Of a stretch of DNA of 64,000 nt, positions 57,165 through 64,000 are shown in pieces; position 1 is the stretch's first letter; the number at the start of each line of letters is the position of its first letter. The notes beneath the pieces are model-generated. The model searched no databases and had not been told where the DNA came from. It worked only from the letters and a program-made list of their open reading frames with translations. The DNA comes from Schizosaccharomyces osmophilus (Eukaryota): positions 1,426,001-1,490,000 of the forward strand of contig NC_079239.1 in assembly GCF_027921745.1 (NCBI RefSeq), written 5' to 3'. Made by a program: the position numbers and the translations under genes.

Positions 57165-57270
57165 AAATAATATTTTTTTTATTCCTGTTTCCGAGAATCA
57201 TTCGCATTCGAGTCTACACTTAAATGGGAAATATTGGTGTTGGGTATATCTGCTCGTTTGACTAGCAGGT

Positions 57271-57271
<1 letters not shown>

Positions 57272-57304
<33 letters not shown>
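57272..57304. repeat. poly(T)33 tract
   Basis: Homopolymer read directly. Confidence 0.85.
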
Positions 57305-57314
<10 letters not shown>

Positions 57315-57643
57315 CCCAACCAATTTAGTAATTGTGAATACGCTATTCGTTTTATAATTTTTAGTTGGCTTTTATAGCTAAAGTTCATTTTCGTTGTAAG
57401 CATTAAGTCTTTAAGCTTTTACTTATATATCAACGCTGAATTATTTTGTTTTGCTATATCTTTAAGATGAATGCGTTCGCACAAGTAAAACCAAGTGTTA
57501 ACTAGATTGAGATAATCCACATAAACTTACCTTTCTTGTGTACACTCACGCTCCCTCTCGGGGTTACTATATCTAGTCCAAAATATTAGTCCTTAAAAAA
57601 TCCCATTATAACCGTATACTAAACCTATTTATCCCCCAAGAAG

Positions 57644-59583
57644 TTATAAACCATCAAAAGTAATTGTAGCGGAGCCTTTTCTTTTCTTTTCCTTCTGTAA
57701 AGCACGATAATCATCTTCTAATTCAGAAAGGTTTTCCTCGTCGGAAACGTCATTTTCTTGACTATCCTTCATATTGTTAGAAGAGCTATCCTGTTGAGAT
57801 GCTTGATTCTCTTCTTCCGCTTTACGTTTCTTTTGTGTTTTGTCGAATTCACGTCTTGACTTCCTTTTTTCACGACGAACAACGCGTTTCTCTTTCATGT
57901 CTTTTTGTTTCGACCAAGCTTCAACTTTAGGTTTTTTTTCTATTTTAGGTTTCTCAGGCTGATTACGCTGTTCCTCCAGTTTCCGCTGGCGAGCATCTTC
58001 ACGAGATGGGTCAATAAAAGCTATTGTTCGGGTATCGATATCCAGCGGCTGAAATACATCGTTAGCAGCTGGGGCATCTTTTAGCTCTGGCATCTTAGGT
58101 AAGTGTAATAAAGCATAGGCTGTTGCTAGTTGATGTAAATCCATGTCCTTTATACGGAATATAAAGGATGCTTGATGCTTGGTATATGCACGCACATGGG
58201 ATACAAATCCCCTTAATCCTTTTTCATAGGTATCTCGATCTTTTGTAACAATACCCCTAAGGTGTTTAGTTAATTCTTCGAGTTGGTTCCGATCCATCAT
58301 TGATTCGGGAGTGTCCATTCGTTGAATTGGTACTTTACGTACCCTCAGTAATTCTTCATAATCTTCCTCCCTACCTTCATTCAAAAAGACAAGAGCTAAA
58401 CCGAAACGGCCCGCACGTCCTGCTCGACCACAGCGATGTGAAAAAGATTTAGGATCCAATGGAGCATCCAGTTGAAGCACTAAATCTACATTTGGGATAT
58501 CCAAACCGCGTGATGCGACATCTGTTGTAAGCAAAACAGATTTTTTATTGGTTTTTACAAAGTTTTCATAGTTTTTGCTTCGATTTGATTGAGCCTGCTT
58601 ACCATGCAAGGCGATGACTTCAAATGGAAGCTTCATTTGAGACAACAAAGAATAGAAGTATTCAACGGTTGCACAAGACAGAAAAAAAACAATCGCCTTG
58701 TCATATTCTTGATTTTGAAGCATATGTAGCATTCCTTGAATTTTATACATGGGAGGTAAGATAAATGATTGGATCGACAGAGAAGATGGCGCTCTGGTAT
58801 CCTCTTTCTTCAATGTGACTGTAACAGAAACACGAACACTATTCCGAAGTCCGGCAACCTTTAAAAAGGATGAAACCGTATCATTCATAGTAGCACTGAA
58901 AAGGCCTGTACGTCGTTGCTTGGGTAATTGAGAGATAATTGACTGCAGAGTTTTTTGAAAGCCCATATCAATAAGAGTATCTGCTTCGTCTAAAATTAAA
59001 ATTGCTAAATTTTTACTGGAAATATGTCCTAGCATTTCGTTCATCCGACCTGGAGTTCCGATAACAATGGTAGGATTTTTTTCTCGAAAAGAAGCCAAAT
59101 CGTTTGATAAAGTTCCTTTTCCACCAATATACATGTCAGTTACAAGCGTTTTCTTATTTGCAAGTTCTTCTGGTTGATATACTAGCAATTCTTCAGTAAC
59201 ATGAAAGATTTGATTTGCCAGCTCACGAGTAGGTGCGACTATGAGAGCACCCAAACCGCGCTCATCAGGATCCCTTTTCAGAATTTTATCGATTGCAGGC
59301 AACAAATAAGCCAACGTCTTTCCTGATCCGGTGACCGCTTCCACGACAACGTCTTTGTTTTTCAAAAAAAGAGGAATGGTATTCGTTTGAACGGGCGTCA
59401 TTTTAGTAAACCCACGAGCGTGAACCGCATCTTTTCTGTATCAAAGTTAGTCAAGAAGGAAATTAATAACGAAATCTAGACAGATGCCTCAAAGTTTGTG
59501 ATTCTAACTTTCGAGGAGAAAAAATCAGCCGAACAACATGTAACTTACAACCATTGATCGATCTGCAAGTCTTGAAAACTCAT
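57644..59583 (-). CDS. spb4: DEAD-box rRNA helicase Spb4, 2 exons
   Basis: AVTGSGKT, PTRELA, DEAD, SAT, HRCGRAGR; exon 1 MSFQDLQIDQW (59583-59549), intron 59548-59436. Confidence 0.95.
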
Positions 59584-59748
59584 TTCCAGTTTATTTTATT
59601 CAAGACCTGTCAAATAATTTCGTGATAGTTAATGGACAATGTGGTGTTGAAGACAAGTGTTCAAACTGTCGAGCTAGCTTTCCTGCTACCACTTACCTTA
59701 TTTTCCGACAAACCAAAAAGTCCATTTGGCAAGAAAGTTATATATATA

Positions 59749-60156
59749 ATGCTGATTAAAGTAAAGGTAATAAAAGATAATGAAACTCATAAAAGATGAA
59801 AGGCGTGCAGACAGTTATTAACAAAAGCTATGATAGACATTGACAGGAAAAGAGGTTCGTTCGTCTCAATGCAATAAGGAGAGCACCAAGAAAAAGGACT
59901 AACACAAATTGACTCCAGATTGAATTGGACATTGATCCAAATGACAAAGTTTCTCGTATTAAAGAAAGAGTGGAAGAAAAGGAAGGGATTCCTCCATCCC
60001 AGCAGCGTTTGATCTACGCAGGCAAACAAATGTATGATAAAAGATTCTAGGATGAATCTAATGACATTTAGGGCTGATGATAAGTATGCTGAAAGCTATC
60101 ATTTAGAAGGTGGTAGCGTTTTGCACTTAGTTTTGGCACTTCGTGGAGGATATTAA
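59749..60156 (+). CDS. ned8: Ubiquitin-like modifier Nedd8/Rub1, 4 exons
   Basis: Spliced [77 protein letters not shown]; not in the ORF track. Confidence 0.96.
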
Positions 60157-60565
60157 AATAATTAATAAACGAAAAAAGCAGATTATGAGGAAAAAGAAAT
60201 CTTTTTATAAATAATTAAACTATACGAAAAGGTGAATCTGATACCCCATGGGACATTATCATCGAAGGAAAAGAAAGGTAAGAATGCAGTCGCTCGTCAA
60301 GGTCAGAGAGGCTTGCTTTCTTTTCGTTTAGAATTAATACACTGGCATACATGAGACCATTTAGGTTTCTGCCTACGAACGCATTCGCAGATGCCAACTA
60401 CTTCATTCCATATTCTATTGAGAGGGAGCGGCAAGCGTACGACATTTGACGCTGTTGCGAAATGTAGAAAGTAGTCGTCTTGGCGAAAAGTGTAAATTTA
60501 TGTGTTACATGTTTTAAAATGAACAAAAATAGATCATCTTTTAGAATGATGACAACCAAAAAGTT

Positions 60566-60637
60566 GGGCTGTTCTGGGAATCGAACCCAGGACCACCATC
60601 ACCCTAAGATGGTATCATACCACTAGACCAAACGGCC
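60566..60637 (-). tRNA. tRNA-Pro(AGG), identical to the copy at 9355-9426
   Basis: Same 72-nt sequence; T-run terminator downstream. Confidence 0.96.
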
Positions 60638-60788
60638 GCATTAGAAATAATTGCTTTATGACATATAGATAGACCTAGCCATCTTTCCAACCTTTTCAAA
60701 GGTAGAAATATTTTGTTGATGAAGGCACAATTTTGGATACAATCCATTTGGGTATATTCTATAAAGGTAGATTTCCATTTGTAATGGT

Positions 60789-60907
60789 GTCTACGGCCAT
60801 ACCTAGGCGAAAACACCAGTTCCCGTCCGATCACTGCAGTTAAGCGTCTGAGGGCCTCGTTAGTACTATGGTTGGAGACAACATGGGAATCCGGGGTGCT
60901 GTAGGCT
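60789..60907 (+). rRNA. Dispersed 5S rRNA gene
   Basis: 119 nt GTCTACGGCCATACC..GTGCTGTAGGCT; TATAAA at about -29; T6 terminator at 60917-60922. Confidence 0.97.
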
Positions 60908-61118
60908 CCCTCTCACTTTTTTGTATAATAGCTTTTTTGTTGACCGATTTGTTGCTTTTCTTACAACGAAGAAGCTAGCATTTGTTGTTGGTTAGCAAAC
61001 GAGGTTTTAGGAGGAAAACCGAAGCGTACTTTTTGCAAGATTGATAAAAAAGGTGAAAAAAAGTCAGAATTGGTATTAGAATTTACATGTGCAAGGATTA
61101 GCATGAATTTTGTATGGT

Positions 61119-62396
61119 ATGCTACAATTCATTAGAAATCGAGCTTCCGTAGAGCTGCTAAGTCGGTCTTTTCGTAAATACAATGTTCCCGAGTCTTCTG
61201 GACAACTGCTGCAGGATTTAGGATTTGTGCATATGTCTATGTCGGGGGTGTTTCACCTCTTACCGCTTGGGCTGCGGGTACAAGACAAGATAAGCAAACT
61301 GATTCAACAGTCGATGAAATCCGTTGGTGCAGCTCAAGTTAGCTTGGCTCACCTGTCGAGCAAAGAAGTATGGGACCGAAGCGGACGATGGGAAACAAGC
61401 GGCCGGGAGCTATTTCGATTGAAGGATCGAACCGAGCGAGAGTTGTGCCTTGCGCCTACGCACGAAGAAGATATTACCGAATGCATAGCGAGTTTTGTAG
61501 AATCCCAAAAGCAGTTGCCGATCCGGGTGTATCAAATTGGAAGAAAATATCGAGACGAAGCAAGACCAAGAGGAGGATTGCTTCGTGGCAAGGAGTTTGT
61601 GATGAAAGACCTGTACACGTTTGACGTGAATACTCACCAAGCCCAAGAAACGTACAGACAGGTTTTGGGGGCGTATCACCAATTTTTCAAGGCGGTAGGG
61701 TTACCGTTTTCGATGGTGAATGCGGACACGGGGAATATTGGAGGAAAACTTTCGCATGAATTTCATTATCGCAGCGCGGCGGGAGAGGATACGATATGCA
61801 TTTGTCCGTCATGTGAGTTTTCGACCAACTCGGAGCTGCTAAAAGAAACAACATCGGGAACGGGACACTGTTGTCCGAGTTGTGGAGATGAGTTGACATT
61901 GTCATCGTCGATTGAAGTGGGACATGCGTTTTTGTTGGGACAAGCTTATTCCGCCAAATTGGGAGCGAACGTCGAGGTGAACAAGCGACTCGAACCCTTG
62001 TATATGGGATGTTTTGGGATTGGCATTTCTCGAATGATAGCGGCCATTGCCACTGTGACCAAGGATTCCAAGGGACTCGTGTGGCCGATGAATGTTGCAC
62101 CCTGGAAAGTGCTGGTGGTACCGACATCGTCGAAACACATGCAGGCAGCGGAATCCGTGTACGACGGTGTTGCACATGTTGTTGGCGCTGACAATATCCT
62201 GCTGGAAGATCGTAGTCAGCACTCCTTTGGGTACAAGATGAAGGACGCCGAGCTGATTGGATATCCATTTGTGATTATCGTGGGCTCCCAATTTGAACGA
62301 CAAAGCCTCTGTGAAGTGCATGTTCGCGCGACCGGGGGAAGACACCATTTGCCCCTGCAATCTTTGCACCAGATTCTCTTGGGGAACTTTTTGTAA
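61119..62396 (+). CDS. Mitochondrial (bacterial-type) prolyl-tRNA synthetase
   Basis: LAPTHEE, YQIGRKYRDEARPRGGLLRGKEFVMKD, IEVGHAF, MGCFGIGISR, anticodon domain; first ATG at 61119. Confidence 0.93.
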   Translation: MLQFIRNRASVELLSRSFRKYNVPESSGQLLQDLGFVHMSMSGVFHLLPLGLRVQDKISKLIQQSMKSVGAAQVSLAHLSSKEVWDRSGRWETSGRELFRLKDRTERELCLAPTHEEDITECIASFVESQKQLPIRVYQIGRKYRDEARPRGGLLRGKEFVMKDLYTFDVNTHQAQETYRQVLGAYHQFFKAVGLPFSMVNADTGNIGGKLSHEFHYRSAAGEDTICICPSCEFSTNSELLKETTSGTGHCCPSCGDELTLSSSIEVGHAFLLGQAYSAKLGANVEVNKRLEPLYMGCFGIGISRMIAAIATVTKDSKGLVWPMNVAPWKVLVVPTSSKHMQAAESVYDGVAHVVGADNILLEDRSQHSFGYKMKDAELIGYPFVIIVGSQFERQSLCEVHVRATGGRHHLPLQSLHQILLGNFL

Positions 62397-63030
62397 TGCA
62401 TCGTACAGTCTTCCATTCACTCTCTTCCCTTTTATTCTTTGTTGGATCCGTTGTTGCATTTGCATTCATCATGAATGCAATGTAAACAAATATCCTTTTC
62501 TCCATCCTCGTTACTACAATACCCAAGAAGGCGCTCGTCCCCTACTGTGACTAGAAAGAAGCACTAGTGCTACACCCTCATTCCTACTTTTCCACCTGAA
62601 ACCTACAATTTCCTATAACGACAATTCCAAATAAACTCTTGAATCATTCGTGATCCCTTTTCACACCTATTTTTTCTAAACAAAACCTAACCTTTCAAAT
62701 CTTTCCATCAAATGTTACAATTTTACAATCATCTCTTTTCATTTCTCTCCCTCTAGCCATTCCATGGCCTTGGATTATTCCATGTAGAAGGATCTCTTTG
62801 TTATCAACTTGCCTTGCATAGCGTAACATCTAGGTTACAACGTCCATTGTACTGGATGGATGATTACATACAAACTGATAGCAAACTAGAAGAAAACTCT
62901 TTGCAAGTGGTCCATCTACGTTCAATAGAAGGTTCAAGTTGCGTACTTTGACTTTATCGGGAACTTGATCTCCTCGATCATCTCGTCTGCTTATCGCCCT
63001 CCGTTTTGTGTAATGCTTTCTTTGTGTATG

Positions 63031-63046
63031 TATATATATATATATA
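63031..63046. repeat. (TA)8 microsatellite upstream of put2
   Basis: Read directly. Confidence 0.8.
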
Positions 63047-63319
63047 GAGGACTGTGCACCATGGAATCTGCTAAAAGAGCAATCCATTGTAAGTAGCTGC
63101 AGTAGTTTTACTTGGAGGGTTATTTTTATTTTTATTTTTATTTTTAAATTTTCTATTTATATCTCTTATAGACACTCTTTGGAATTTCGGACTTTTTTAA
63201 TTCCGGATTTCTACACATTTACTCTCTGTCTCTCTCTCTCTTTAGCTTTCTACCTTTAAACGACCTTTTTTTTTTTTTTTTATACACATTCAAAAAGGAA
63301 AGGATTACTTTGATTCATC

Positions 63320-64000
63320 ATGTCGAAATTCGCAGACTTTCAACTCCCTCTCATTAAAAACGAACCCCCCAAGAATTATGGACCAGAAAGTGTTGAGCGC
63401 GAACAACTTGTCGCTGCCTACCGCGAACTAGAGTCCCAATTGCCCGTGGCCATCCCCCTTGGTGTCAACGGAAAGGACGTCAAGACCAACGATATAGGCG
63501 AACAACGCTGTCCTTTTGACCACAAGAAGGTTGTGGCCCGTTACCACCGTGCCAGTTCGTCGGATGTCCAAGGCGCCATCGAGTCTGCTCTCGAAGCAAA
63601 GAAGGAATGGGAAAACTTGTCTTTCACCGACCGTGCTGCCGTCTTCTTGAAGGCTGCTCATTTGATCAGCACAAAGTACCGTTACAAGCTTATGGCCGCC
63701 ACCATGATTGGCCAAGGGAAAAACATCTGGCAAGCTGAGATTGACGCTGCTATGGAAATCATCGACTTTATACGTTTCGATTGCAAATACGCTAGCGAAT
63801 TGTACTCGGTTCAACCCCCCGAAAATTCTACCGGTGTCTGGAACCGCACCGAGTACCGTCCCTTGGAAGGCTTTGTTTACGCCATCACCCCCTTCAACTT
63901 CACTGCCATCGGCGGTAACTTGGCTGCTGCTCCTCTTCTCATGGGCAACGTTGTGCTCATGAAGCCTTCCGACCATGCTGTCTTGTCCAACCGCATTATC
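63320..64000 (+). CDS. put2: Delta-1-pyrroline-5-carboxylate dehydrogenase; runs off the window end
   Basis: Manual translation from ATG 63320: MSKFADFQLPLIKNEPPKNY..ATMIGQGKNIWQAEIDAA..EYRPLEGFVYAITPFNFTAIGGNL..MKPS; not in the ORF track. Confidence 0.95.
   Translation, partial: MSKFADFQLPLIKNEPPKNYGPESVEREQLVAAYRELESQLPVAIPLGVNGKDVKTNDIGEQRCPFDHKKVVARYHRASSSDVQGAIESALEAKKEWENLSFTDRAAVFLKAAHLISTKYRYKLMAATMIGQGKNIWQAEIDAAMEIIDFIRFDCKYASELYSVQPPENSTGVWNRTEYRPLEGFVYAITPFNFTAIGGNLAAAPLLMGNVVLMKPSDHAVLSNRII

Noticed and set aside
60160..61110. wtf meiotic-driver gene next to the 5S rDNA
   Set aside because: No room for a multi-exon TM gene; no PY-motif exon 1, no wtf-type repeats and no second 5S copy.
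61687..63976. 180-190-aa antisense ORFs over ProRS and put2
   Set aside because: By-products of high GC and codon bias in the real plus-strand genes.
1..64000. Transposons, LTRs, CRISPR arrays, prokaryotic systems
   Set aside because: No RT, integrase or transposase ORFs, no long repeats apart from the two tRNAs, and no spaced arrays were seen; a solo LTR could be missed by eye.

Overview
Eukaryotic, gene-dense, intron-containing DNA from a fission yeast (Schizosaccharomyces). The proteins resemble but are diverged from S. pombe orthologues, so S. octosporus, S. cryophilus or S. osmophilus is likely; the species cannot be fixed from this window. It holds about 34 protein-coding genes, among them any1 (partial, missed by the ORF track), tuf1, lsm3, nop52, clc1, mdl1, cdc37, apc13, rga4, esf2, lvs1, hhp1, far10, rav2, trm141, elp6, erf2, ser2, pof9, spb4, ned8, a mitochondrial ProRS and put2 (partial). 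There are two identical tRNA-Pro(AGG) genes and one dispersed 5S rRNA gene. From recall, gene order follows S. pombe chromosome II blocks with about two rearrangement junctions. I saw no transposon, CRISPR array or wtf gene. Most interesting signals: (1) several unannotated, intron-bearing, partly decayed orphan genes in intergenic gaps, the best being a 3-exon 131-codon gene with one nonsense codon at a synteny junction and a Cys-rich defensin-like remnant; (2) a 76-aa protein with a BCL7/Rtt102-like 2W motif; (3) long hairpins inside the unusually long introns of cdc37 and lsm3; (4) a GC-AG intron in elp6; (5) a tRNA-Pro/5S/ProRS/put2 neighbourhood with a GC-rich ProRS gene. Gene names come from recalled protein similarity and synteny, not from database searches.
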